A stretch of DNA of 63,986 bases, filler included, from Octopus bimaculoides (Eukaryota): the NCBI RefSeq assembly GCF_001194135.2. It is 6 parts of 6 records of this genome, joined end to end, with 100 filler letters (N's around TTAATTAATTAA, not from the genome) between each part and the next. Parts side by side here need not be neighbours in the genome. Positions count along the whole stretch, not along the records: positions 47,628 to 56,171 come from NC_068991.1; positions 56,272 to 59,027 come from NC_068990.1; positions 59,128 to 62,886 come from NC_068981.1; positions 62,987 to 63,986 come from NW_026372386.1; 2 more parts are not named here. One strand, written 5' to 3'. Of this stretch, positions 51,814-63,690 are shown piece after piece (within the stretch, counting starts at the first letter, position 1; each line of letters opens with the position of its first letter). The position numbers and the translations under genes were made by a program. The notes beneath the pieces are model-generated. The model worked only from the letters and a program-made list of their open reading frames with translations. It ran no database searches and had not been told where the DNA came from.

Positions 51814-52889
51814 NNNNNNNNNNNNNNNNNNNNNNNNNNNNNNNNNNNNNNNNNNNNNNNNNNNNNNNNNNNNNNNNNNNNNNNNNNNNNNNNNNNNNNN
51901 NNNNNNNNNNNNNNNNNNNNNNNNNNNNNNNNNNNNNNNNNNNNNNNNNNNNNNNNNNNNNNNNNNNNNNNNNNNNNNNNNNNNNNNNNNNNNNNNNNNN
52001 NNNNNNNNNNNNNNNNNNNNNNNNNNNNNNNNNNNNNNNNNNNNNNNNNNNNNNNNNNNNNNNNNNNNNNNNNNNNNNNNNNNNNNNNNNNNNNNNNNNN
52101 NNNNNNNNNNNNNNNNNNNNNNNNNNNNNNNNNNNNNNNNNNNNNNNNNNNNNNNNNNNNNNNNNNNNNNNNNNNNNNNNNNNNNNNNNNNNNNNNNNNN
52201 NNNNNNNNNNNNNNNNNNNNNNNNNNNNNNNNNNNNNNNNNNNNNNNNNNNNNNNNNNNNNNNNNNNNNNNNNNNNNNNNNNNNNNNNNNNNNNNNNNNN
52301 NNNNNNNNNNNNNNNNNNNNNNNNNNNNNNNNNNNNNNNNNNNNNNNNNNNATATACATATATATATGTATATAGTTAAAATAAGAAAAGGAAATGAAGA
52401 TAAGAAAGTTAATTATATATTATTAACAAATTGCTTAGCTTCGCTTCTTACAGCCGTTTCAATTAATACTTAAAATATTTTGATTATAAATTCGTACATC
52501 AAATTTACATTTATGTGTCATGAGTATAATTTCAGCAGCGAATAAAAAAGACGTACCTTGAGATGTTAAATTTGAGCCTGAAGGAACAACAATTTGTCAA
52601 ATGGAAGTATTATATTATCAATAATGGGGGGAAATATTATGTTGATTAAATGTATAAAAATATATGTTGAAATATATAAAAACATATCTTGAAATGCGAT
52701 TGGGCTTTCCTTACAATCTATATATATGACTCAAAAATATAGAAAACAAAAGGCAGAGACAACTGAGGCAACAACAAGTCGGTGTTTTAGTTTGTCACTC
52801 GTAAAAAATGGAAAAATCTTTGATGTTTCGAGCCTACACTTTTCGACAGAGTGGTAAAAATAGAGACAAAAAAAAAATACAGCAAGAAA

Positions 52890-54183
52890 ACTAGAAAAGC
52901 ACTCGGAGAGCGCAGACCTCCGCCAAGCAGCTCATTTCTACCTCACATCACACAGTTCCTGTCGCCATTATAACCACCGATACTATTTTATCCTCCTCCC
53001 ATACTTATCCCGACCATCGTCATCATCAACACTGTCTCTGCTTTCACCACAATCACCGTCAAAACTACGATCACTACAATCAGTTTCTTTACACAGTTGA
53101 AAATCCATTATCCGGTACTCATGGGACCGAGATTGTTGCAGATTTTTGATTTTTCTAATTTCGGAGTTCTTTATAAAAAAACAAATTGCATCTACAAACC
53201 GGAACAGTTTCAGGATAGAAACCAGGTCTAAACGCAATAGCTTATAGATATACTCTGAATGTAGTGCTATATAAATCTTTGATAATTTTTTTATACTTAA
53301 GACCATCAGAAATGTTAAGATATCAGCCTATACTCACGTTGTCATGTTTTGATTAATATGTGTGATTAATAGATTACTTAGATAAGTTTCGGCCGATGTT
53401 GACTCAGGTCATGTCTAATTTAATAGCACCACCTGGAAGAGATACACAGTCAGCTCCGGGGATCCGTAGCCCATTCAAGCAGAGGGTTATTGTTTTCATA
53501 GACATATCTATGGGTGTGGATGGTTTATCTGGTATTTGTTGGGAGTAATCATCTAGCAATCGTTTGAATGCCGTGAAGTCACTTTCTTCCTTTATGTGAA
53601 ATAGTTCCGTCATATTGTTGTGAAACGACACGAACATTTCAGTAGTGGACGGATGGCATGGGGGCCAAGCCTCGGATGAATTTTAAAGATGGGCAATGTT
53701 GATGGAATATTTTCCAAATCATACAGAAGATATAGAGCTCACAGCGGCAGCAGAGGGAGCAAAGCCTGAACTTTTTGAGTCGATACCAATAAACAAGGCT
53801 TGTCATGTCATCCTCCGCAGACCTCCGCCAAGCAGCTCATTTTAAGATAGATACGCGAGTAAAATTACTAATGGAGAAACGAAAATAAACTTTGGAATCA
53901 GCAACGCCACCATAGGTTACGTAGAAACGATGAACGTATTTTCAATGGAGATAATCAAGGAACATAACATTGTAATACTTCACGTAAAGTAGATATAACA
54001 AATGAAAAATCCTTCAAGAATCCATAAATTTCCCAGATCACTATCAAAATTTCATCATCTGTTTCTTGTGCCATTACCAACTTTTTCTGCAAGTTTCATC
54101 AAATACAGTTCATAACCTTCTGAGTTATTTTGCACACAGACGGACAGACGGACAAACCAACATCGATGAAAACATAACCTCCT
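52890..54183. mobile_element. Helentron-associated (HINE-like) non-autonomous element ends, interrupted by other sequence
   Basis: ctagaaaagcactcggagagcgcagacctccgccaag at 52891 and ...cagacggacagacggac...gaaaacataacctcc at 54130-54183 resemble HINE sub-terminal motifs. A 27-bp segment is duplicated at 52911-52937 and 53816-53842. Confidence 0.6.
53405..53780 (-). mobile_element. CR1/L2-like LINE 3' end
   Basis: DFTAFKRLLDDYSQQIPDKP resembles the FKxxLDxFLxxIPDxP C-terminus. Confidence 0.6.
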
Positions 54184-54584
54184 TTTTGCTTAAACGTACA
54201 GATTTTTCTACTTTTCTTATTTTATCGCATTTTTAAATATTAGGATACGTTTTTTGAAGTTACTTGACCTGAAGTGTGTCCTGATTATGAGTGGTATTTA
54301 TCTTGATCGATTCATTGTATGATCACATAACTATCACACCAACCACCTTGACCAATCACGACAACCCAATTAAGAAGCGTTATTTTGGGTTTCCAGTATG
54401 CTAGAAAGAGCAGCCGAATCACTCACTCTTAACAAAGTAAGGAAGGACACGTTGATCAATTGTAGTCCCACTGTTATACGAAACGATGGGATGATCACGG
54501 CTAGAAAGGCTTTCATTATAGTGGATCAGTGCTGTTAAACAATAATGAACAGCTGCAACAATCATTGAAACAATCATTTCAGTA

Positions 54585-54594
54585 TCATCATAAC

Positions 54595-54639
<45 letters not shown>

Positions 54640-54840
54640 TCTCATCATCACCAACAGCATCATCATTTCCATCANNNNNNNNNNCCAACAGCATCATCAT
54701 TTCCATCATCATTGTCATCTTCATCGTCATCTCCAATATCATCACCATCGTCGTCGTCGTCATCATCATCATTATCATCATCATCAGCATATTCGCCATA
54801 ATGACTTCCCCATCATCATCATCATTATCATCATCAAAAC
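54585..54840. repeat. (CAT)n/(CGT)n microsatellite mosaic
   Basis: Direct reading. Confidence 0.95.
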
Positions 54841-55990
54841 AATAATCATACCGCTGTCTTCTCTCTCTGTCGTCACGTGCGCGCGCGCACTCACATGCGC
54901 ACACATACATATACATACATACACACTTTCATATACACACATTTTGTTCCATTGGTCCTCTCTGCATTTCCTTCATTCAAAATCCTTCAGTCTCTATATT
55001 TTTTTTTCTTTCAAGATATTTCTTTCCTATTTCCTTAACCTCTACCACGTTTTCCTTCTCCCCGAAATACACAAACAACCGCAACCGTTCCAAAGCGAAA
55101 TTGCCTTCATTGCGGACAGTTCGTACCTTCCAGGTGATTGACCACGGACACTTCGTACATTCCAGATCACTGATCAAGGACACTTCCTAAGGGACGGGGT
55201 GAGGTGGGTGGATACTGTCTGCTGACATGTGACAAAATACGAACCCGCGTTGCTTCCTTTAGCAGCAGTTCAACCACATCCCCTGATACGGACATTTTGT
55301 TGTCCTCCAAACCACCCGTCCGTTATCGCTGTGCAAGCCCAATGCAAAATTCAGCAATTATGAGAAACGATTTCGGCGTTAATCTACCGTACTTACAATA
55401 GAGAATCTATTTCTGTTGATATTAAATATTAATAATATTTATATATACAGAGCATTCTAGCATTGCAAAATTCTTCAACGTAACTTGGAAATAAAAGCAA
55501 AAAAAAAAATCAAACCCAATTTACTCTCTCTACTTTATTAATTTCTTAATAATAAGCATTAATTCCATTCTAATACCACCCACTCCGCCATCTTGCATCA
55601 CTTATGGTATTTTTGTTTGAATATTTTTGCTAATTTTTTTCTTTATTAAGTTCATTTTTTTTAATTTCCTTATATATATTTATTTATCCTATTTACTCAT
55701 TCCTCGTGTACTTCGCAAACTATCAGCCCAGTTCCTTCACCAAAATTACGCCACATTACATATGCATGCATACAAACATACATACATACATACATACATA
55801 CATACACACGCACACACAAACACACACATACACACGCTTACGTACACATACATATACAGACAAATATACATATATGTATATATATAAAAGTATATACCTA
55901 CAAACTCAGACACACACATATATATATATACACATATATACATATACATAAATATACATTATACACATATATATATGTAGGCATATATGA

Positions 55991-56031
<41 letters not shown>

Positions 56032-56130
56032 TACCATCACCAAGTCAATTCTAACTTCACTCACCACTAACAGCAGCAACACCACCAACAACAACAGTAC
56101 TAAAGCTAACACCACTACAAACACACGCAG

Positions 56131-56167
<37 letters not shown>

Positions 56168-56171
56168 GCAC

Positions 56172-56271
56172 NNNNNNNNNNNNNNNNNNNNNNNNNNNNN
56201 NNNNNNNNNNNNNNNTTAATTAATTAANNNNNNNNNNNNNNNNNNNNNNNNNNNNNNNNNNNNNNNNNNNN
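56172..56271. other. Artificial assembly join
   Basis: 44 N + TTAATTAATTAA + 44 N. Confidence 0.95.
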
Positions 56272-56292
56272 TATATATATATATATATCTCG

Positions 56293-56568
56293 CTGCTCGT
56301 CCTTCGCCTCTCACTATTACTACTACTATCTCTCTCCCTCTCTACCTCTCGTTGCTCATTTTCGTTCTTGGACTCCTCAAGCTCTCTCTATCTCTATCTC
56401 CCCCTCTCATTCTTACCTCTACTGTTCTTCGCCTCTCCCTGCCACTATTATCTTTCTCTCTCTCTCTATCTCTCTCTGCTCGTCCTTCGCCTCTCACTGT
56501 TACTACTACTATCTCTCTCCCTCTCTACCTCTCGTTGCTCATTTTCGTTCTTGGAATCCTCAAGCTCG
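56293..56568. repeat. CT-rich direct repeat, about 93-bp shared block at 183-bp period
   Basis: ctgctcgtccttcgcctctcact...cctcaagctc at 56293 and 56476. Confidence 0.9.
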
Positions 56569-57959
56569 CACGTACTTCTTTGCTCCTCCAGTTCGTGCCT
56601 CACAGCGTTCAATACATACACACTTCACGTCTGGCTGTACAGCCTTTTTGTTTGTTTATTTCACTGTTTCGTTTTCCTGTCTTGTTTTCCGTCTACCACT
56701 ACCCTCCACGAAAAACAATTTAATTTGTGTTCGTGGGAAGAACCATTTTAACGATGCGTACTGCCTTAATTCTTCGAAACGCCGGGGTTTTAATGGTGGC
56801 AGCTGATGAAGGGGATGTTTCTATGTGGCCTGCTTGTTTGTTGCACCTTGTTTGCCATTTTGTCCATGTTCTTTTGCCACGTCATGTACCCAGTTATGTA
56901 TCTATATGTACATGTGAATGAAGGTATATACATACATGTACATATATATGCATATACTCATATATTGTTTATNNNNNNNNNNNNNNNNNNNNNNNNNNNN
57001 NNNNNNNNNNNNNNNNNNNNNNNNNNNNNNNNNNNNNNNNNNNNNNNNNNNNNNNNNNNNNNNNNNNNNNNNNNNNNNNGTAATAGTGAAATAGTGTAAG
57101 AGATAAGAGATTGCTCTGGGCTCGCATTAGGCAAGAACTTGGGAAATTTTTTACCCATGGCACTATATGGACCTTGGCTTTTGTATTTGATAACTGTTAC
57201 TTTAAGTATTTTATTTCGACTTTATGTATATATGTATGTATGAGCCAATGGAGGAGACCTCTACCTGGTAGCTAGACTTGGTAGCAATAGCAGCCAAATC
57301 TCCCTCAAAACACCCTATTGTCTTAATCCGACAATTCTGTCAATTATGTAGTTTGAATGAGAAACTGTAACTAAAGATTAAGATTATTAACCCCAAAATT
57401 TTACGCGTTTTAATAGCAATCAACTTTTTCTCTTTTTTGCGTAGCTTTTCATGTCAGCCGTAAAGGTGAAGAGGGTTAAGTTGGACGGTGTTAAGTAGTG
57501 GAGATGTTTGGTGATTGTGTGGGGTGGTTACTTTTGACTGTTCCTTCTCAATAAGGATAATTGATTGATAACGAATCATAATACAATATATATATACGAC
57601 TTCAAGTGGAATCGGACATCATAAGAGAGACAGAGAGAGAGGAAAGAAGAGAGACAGCATAGCGACGGTTTTTGCTGACTGTCATCCTGTACTTCCCTTG
57701 TTGCTAGCGAAATGGTATGTGCCGGCTGTCTGAGCAAACTCGTTGGTTTTAATGGCGGAAAAAATAGGACAAAAAGATTACAAAAGCAATAGTTGATGAT
57801 AGCTGTAATGCATCATTGGAGGTAAATTTTTTTATATTCGAGCAGGGTGATAACTGTCGAATATATGTGTGGTTGTTGGAGGTATTTTAGTTTGTTAATT
57901 TTTTGTTCTTTTTATTTTTCTGATAACCGTTTATCTGTTTTGGTGAATTCTGCACTTAG

Positions 57960-58270
57960 TTTTCTTCACAGGTCTTGGTAGGGTGTGTTTAGCACATATG
58001 TTTGTGACAGTGTCAACAACGATCTGCCAAGATATTTTGATACTGAAGGAGGTGTATGTATGTGTGAAAGACCATTTATGATTGCGTCCCAGTCAGCACC
58101 ATACAGATCCATGGTATCAAATGGGTGGGCTGGAGGGAGGTCACTAGGGTTAGCTTTCGGCTGGTGAAATCTCAGGTTACAGAGAATCATGTCATGATCT
58201 GAAAAAAGGGTATTTTTCCACTGAAATATTGTGTATTGTGTTAATGTGGTTACTGAATACAAGGTCTAAA
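57960..58270 (-). mobile_element. CR1-like LINE ORF2 fragment (APE C-terminus)
   Basis: TLFSDHDMILCNL...FDTMDLYGADWDAIINGL; SDH motif followed by the typical ADW linker. Confidence 0.72.
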
Positions 58271-58429
58271 ATGTTCTGATATCGTGTTGGTGCAAAGATA
58301 AGTGGGGGACAAGAAAAGCTCATTCATAAAGTCGAGAAGTGACTCTACTGCTCCTTTGTCACAAATAGAGGTGGGGGTCACAAATTGAGGTGGAGGTCAC
58401 AAAGTGACTCTACTGCTTCTTTGTTACAA

Positions 58430-58525
58430 ATGAAGCTAGCATGCCACACTGCACATGCAACTGTGTGCTGTCATCTGTTGGCGCGCTACAGAAGTAGTCC
58501 GGGAACTTTTTGATACCACCTCGTA
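58430..58525 (-). mobile_element. Solo mariner terminus
   Basis: Minus strand TA|CGAGGTGGTATCAAAAAGTTCCCGGACT is a mariner-type TIR; no partner TIR seen. Confidence 0.6.
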
Positions 58526-58749
58526 AGTGTTTGCCTGAGCTGTACTCTTCTGTTTTGCCATGACTACTGCCCTTCCACTCAGAGCAACGTAACATTTCTT
58601 TTTCATAATAAGATAAACTGAAGTTGCTGATATGATTAAAACCGCTCAAAAGGCTCTTTCTAATGGAAGAGAACAGAAAAGAATAAAAGACAGAAAATCA
58701 TTCAAATTTAAAAGTGGACATTTATGGTGTTTTATTATTGTTTGCTTAC

Positions 58750-58904
58750 CAAGGACAACCGCAGGAATGAAGGATCCAGCACCACCGATAGCAGTGATAA
58801 AACGTAACACAAATATGGCATAAATGTTGGAGATTAAAGCCATTACTATACCAGCTGACCCTTGCAAAAATAAAGACACAATTATCACTTTTTTGCGACC
58901 AAAT
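58750..58904 (-). CDS. Internal exon of an SLC22-family (MFS) organic cation/anion transporter
   Basis: Acceptor ctttttcag|A, donor G|gtaagc, 155 bp, phase 2 to 1. (R)FGRKKVIIVSLFLQGSAGIVMALISNIYAIFVLRFITAIGGAGSFIPAVVL carries the MFS DRFGRK motif and the TM4 RF..G motif; the length matches the conserved SLC22 exon 3 (recalled). Confidence 0.88.
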
Positions 58905-59027
58905 CTGAAAAAGATTGAAGAGACGAACTTAAATACGCACAGACGAACTTAAATACCTGCTTAAATATACGCGCGCGCGCACACATACACACACACACAC
59001 ACACACACCACACACACACACACACAC

Positions 59028-59127
59028 NNNNNNNNNNNNNNNNNNNNNNNNNNNNNNNNNNNNNNNNNNNNTTAATTAATTAANNNNNNNNNNNNNNNNN
59101 NNNNNNNNNNNNNNNNNNNNNNNNNNN
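59028..59127. other. Artificial assembly join
   Basis: 44 N + TTAATTAATTAA + 44 N. Confidence 0.95.
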
Positions 59128-59163
<36 letters not shown>

Positions 59164-60985
59164 TGTATTCTAAGAAATGTTAACCGGCAATGCTCTAAGC
59201 TGAGTGTATAAAAAGTGAATCACAGTGAATTTTCTTCTATAAATTAAGATCATCTATATGTTTTTTTCTTTTTTAAATGGAGCTCGTAAGAAACTTTCAC
59301 TCCAATATCATATGTAGAACGAGCACTCATGTATCCGCACAAATGTGAACTGTTTTTTTTTATATTATAGTCAAACACAATACCCATATGTTTTCCGTAT
59401 TTTTCTAGATATGTTCATGCGTATGCAGTTGCGTATATATGTGTTTGGTTTCTTTTTCCTGGAGCATATTATATTCTTTATTTGTTTATTGGATACAATT
59501 TTACAAAGAACGAGAAAGTGTTGATTTTCACCTGGGGATGTTCGTTTCTTTTTTTAAATTTTCGTTTTGTTTTATTGTCTGTAGCATTCATTTGTTATTT
59601 TCTATGTGTGTGTGTATTTGTCTTTTTTTCTTTGACTGTATAAACAAGGCTCAGGTGTTAGGAAAGAAAAATATAATATGGAAGAAATAAAATAACGCAA
59701 GAAATAGAAGTAAGCTACAAGAAAAATAACTACGAATGAATTAAAACATCAAGTAATAAAACGAAAAAAAATCACATTCATTGATTAAGTTTGTGAAGAA
59801 ATATCGATAATGTTGTAAAGAGAAATAAAAGTATGTGTTGGAAGTTGAAAGTACCAGCAGCAAAAAGGAAGAGTAAGCTGAAAAAATTTCCAACAATGGC
59901 TATTATGAAATGCATTCGATTAGTTCTCTCGTATAAATCGCAAAAACTAAATCGTGTCATTCCATTCATTCAAAACAGTACAAACAAGTATGTAGGCAAC
60001 ATCCTTAATGTGAAAGAGTATTGAAAACTAAAAGTGAAAAACGAAATACGAATTGATANNNNNNNNNNNNNNNNNNNNNNNNNNNNNNNNNNNNNNNNNN
60101 NNNNNNNNNNNNNNNNNNNNNNNNNNNNNNNNNNNNNNNNNNNNNNNNNNNNNNNNNNNNNNNNNNNNNNNNNNNNNNNNNNNNNNNNNNNNNNNNNNNN
60201 NNNNNNNNNNATATATATAATGCTAAAAAATAAAAATAAACATTTTAAAAATAATCTTCGATAAATAACGCTTGGCAAAAGAAAACTAAATTAATAAATC
60301 TTAGTAAACTGCAGAATTTGAATTACACCTTTTAAATATTCCCTATATAAATAATATCTTAGAAATGAGTAACCTGATAGATTTCTGTTTTTGAAAGTTT
60401 CTTCGTTTCTTTCGGGAGACCATAAACTAAAAACGCCAGAAAAAACACACTGGATCAATGTAAATATCTAAAATACCAAGAAGCACCGCTAGAATACGAA
60501 CATACATGCATCAATACAGCCATAAATACACATATAAATACATACTTACACACACATACATAGACATACACACACATATACATAGACACATATTTGTATA
60601 TACAGAAACACACATGCACATATACACATCTGTGTATATAAGTACACCTATGTGTAAAATTAGAGTTTCGGGCGATTTGACATTGTTCAGTCTATAAGGA
60701 AATGAATAGCGGGTTGATAAGCCACTAACTCAATCGATCTGCAATGTTCAGGGGAAGTCAATTTGGAATCAAATCGAAAGATCCATGTAATAAGAGATAT
60801 CTCCGCTGTTGCATATGGTAAAGCACTCTGGCATGCAGTGGAATATCATGATAGTCTGTTTCTATTCTGCTTTGTACCAAAACATCGAACGTAAAAATCC
60901 TGTGCGTACGTATGTATATATGTATGTATGTATGCATGTATGTATGTATGTATGTATGTATGTATGTATGTATGTATTTATGTAC

Positions 60986-61475
60986 GTGATTATTCAGTTT
61001 ATTTCAAGATTTCTTGCCAATAGAGAAAAAACTGGTTTCTTCATTGGGATTTCAACATCAACAACATGGTATTTTTGTATGTATGTATGTATGTATGTAT
61101 GTATGTATGTGCATATTTGTATGTTTTATATATGTATTTTAATGCATTAGTTGCATATCTAGACAAGTTCATATATATTTAAATGATAAAAGTCTGGGAA
61201 ATTTTACAGTAATGGATTGTATCTGTAGTCTTCTAATTAGCTTTCTCCTTTCTAGTTTTGAGAAGCCTAATTTCTCAAGGTTGGTATTTAGGCAGTGTGT
61301 TACATATCCCAGGTCCCCGATTATTACAGGTATAAGCCTGAACTTGTAATCTTGATACAGTAACGGTAGATTTCTCAAAATTTCAGCATAGGTGTTATAT
61401 TTTTCACTGATCTTCAGCTTTATGTTAACATTCGCTGGGCAGCTAATTTCCGCAACTGTGCACACTTTCTCTGCT
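60986..61475 (-). mobile_element. R4/Dong-like element 3' end: RLE domain, 3' UTR with internal (CATA)n, terminal segment
   Basis: EKVCTVAEISCPANVNIKLKISEKYNTYAEILRNL...YKFRLIPVIIGDLGYV...RKLIRRLQIQSIT, an RLE E-x-K type C-terminus; flanked by (TATG)n and (TCTG/TATG)n. Confidence 0.85.
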
Positions 61476-62886
61476 GTCTGTTTGTCTGTCTGTCTGTCTG
61501 TATGTATGTATGTCTGTCTGTCTGTCTGTATGTCTGTCTGTATGTCTGTATGTCTGTATGTATTATGCTGGATGGAATATGTCCTTGTATTTGAGATCGA
61601 ACACATTTTTGACAGCATCTCCTTCTCAAATATTCAGAAGTTAAGGGATTCTCTACAACCAGTTGACCTGGAGAGAACAGAATGATCTCTAAAATGCACA
61701 GTACTCATGACAGAAGAGAATACACTCACCAACATAGAACCACGAGTAATAATATACATATAACAATATTTTTGTAAGAAGACAATTGACAAATGAATTC
61801 TGACCATGTACATTTCGAACTTCACCCCTCTGCACAGATGGGCACCAAAGATATTTGTTTCATTTCAGATTACCCCTAAATTAACAGCTTCAGAAAACAA
61901 AAAAAAAATGAGTTACCTCGATAAAGAAAACACTATTTGGTAATCTTCACAATAAATAATGAGTCGAAGGATATAAATTACATTTACAAACAGTATGAAT
62001 TTCGATAATTCGGAAAGGTGGTGATCTAACTAGTTGGGAAGTATATTCGATAGGAAACTATTCTTGAAAGACAACAAAACTGATGTGACTAAGTCTCTAA
62101 AGATGTAGAGATATAACATCCAATGAAAAACTATAATTTTATGTTTATAGTAATCATCTGACCTTTGTTCATATGCAGTTTGAGAGGTTTAGACAATTTA
62201 CAATAATTTTCATAATCAGCGAAACTGATTTCGTAAGATTGCTTTGACTAGGGGACAAAGATTTCAGAACAAGAATGAGTCACGGAAAATGTTGGTCTGT
62301 ATAATTGAGGGAATCACAAGAAATAAACTAGTGAAAACAACAAAATTTCGGAATGGAATTTTCTCATATTAGAAGTCGATACGGTCAATGAATTAGGCAA
62401 AGGATATCAAATTAATAGTTACTAGACATTTACTCATGGAAATAGGAAATATGTCAATCTGTCGCAAGTCTCAAACCAAACAGAGCTAATTTAGAGATAT
62501 TAGAATTAATTCCTTTATATATTGTATATAAATATTCCCAGGACATTATTATAATTTACCAAAAAGACAAAAAATGAAAAAAAAACACAGGCATGTATGG
62601 AAGTTTGTTCAAAACTTTACCATCGCAGATACGCAGGGCAAGATAACTAATTTATTTCAAGGGAAAGTGGAACTCAACATATGAGTATAAGTATTTCTTT
62701 TACTATAGAGCAGAAGCAACAGAGTCAATCAAGGGCAGCTAGTTTTGTGAGCACGCATTTATCAAACTAATAAATGCTACCGCACGAAAGTCTCGGATCA
62801 TTTGTAGTGATCAATAAAAATTCTAATATTTACCATCTTCTGTCCCTCTTATTAATCGAATATATATATATATATATATATATATA

Positions 62887-62986
62887 NNNNNNNNNNNNNN
62901 NNNNNNNNNNNNNNNNNNNNNNNNNNNNNNTTAATTAATTAANNNNNNNNNNNNNNNNNNNNNNNNNNNNNNNNNNNNNNNNNNNN
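62887..62986. other. Artificial assembly join
   Basis: 44 N + TTAATTAATTAA + 44 N. Confidence 0.95.
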
Positions 62987-63280
62987 ACCCTTGGAAACAT
63001 AGGTGTTTCGTTCAACATCCTTAACCCTTATTAAGGGACCTTGTGAGCGAGATGGACTACTCGACCTGAAGAAAATTCTAACTGGGCTCCACCTGCGAGG
63101 TCATGCGCTGTTTATCTTGATACGAGATCACCGTGTCGCGCACATATGGTTGTGATGCATGTGCCTGGTGTACCCTTATCAGACGGGTAGTCATGATGGG
63201 TATACTGGGCTTTGTATATTTTACCCCAGTGTCTCTTTGATGGCATGCACTGCTCTCTCACTCAATAATAATAATAATTC
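62987..63280 (+). mobile_element. Probable LINE 3' UTR with (AAT)n tail
   Basis: GC-richer segment ending ctcactcaataataataataat; family not identified. Confidence 0.45.
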
Positions 63281-63281
63281 T

Positions 63282-63690
63282 TTCTGCTGGAAACATAAAG
63301 CCTCAAATTTGGGGTAAGGAATTAAGTCGATTACATTGACCCCAGTGCGTAACTGGTACTTAGTTAATCGACCCCGAAAGGATGAAAGGCAAATCGACCT
63401 CGGCGGAATTTGAACTCAGAATGTAGTGGCAGACGAAATACCGTTAAGCATTTCGTCCAGCTTGCTAACGATTCGGCCAAATTTCAAATTTTGCAACAAG
63501 GGCAGCTTTTTATTGGGATGGATATGAGTCGATTACATCGACCCCAGTGTGTAACTGGTACTTAATTTATCGACCCCGAAAGGATGAAAGGCAAAGTCAA
63601 CCTCGACGGAATTTGAACTCAGAACGAAAAGACAGACGAAATACCACTAAGCATTTCACCCGGCGTGCTAACGTTTCTGCCAGCCCGCCG
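63282..63690 (-). mobile_element. Two tandem, well-preserved SINE A copies (about 63282-63478 and 63480-63690)
   Basis: Both carry gaccccgaaaggatgaaaggcaaa...ggaatttgaactcagaa. Confidence 0.92.

Noticed and set aside
40197-52473. Long ORFs of 200-430 aa in the track
   Set aside because: They run through N gaps (40349-41132, 49633-50594, 51814-52350) and microsatellites.
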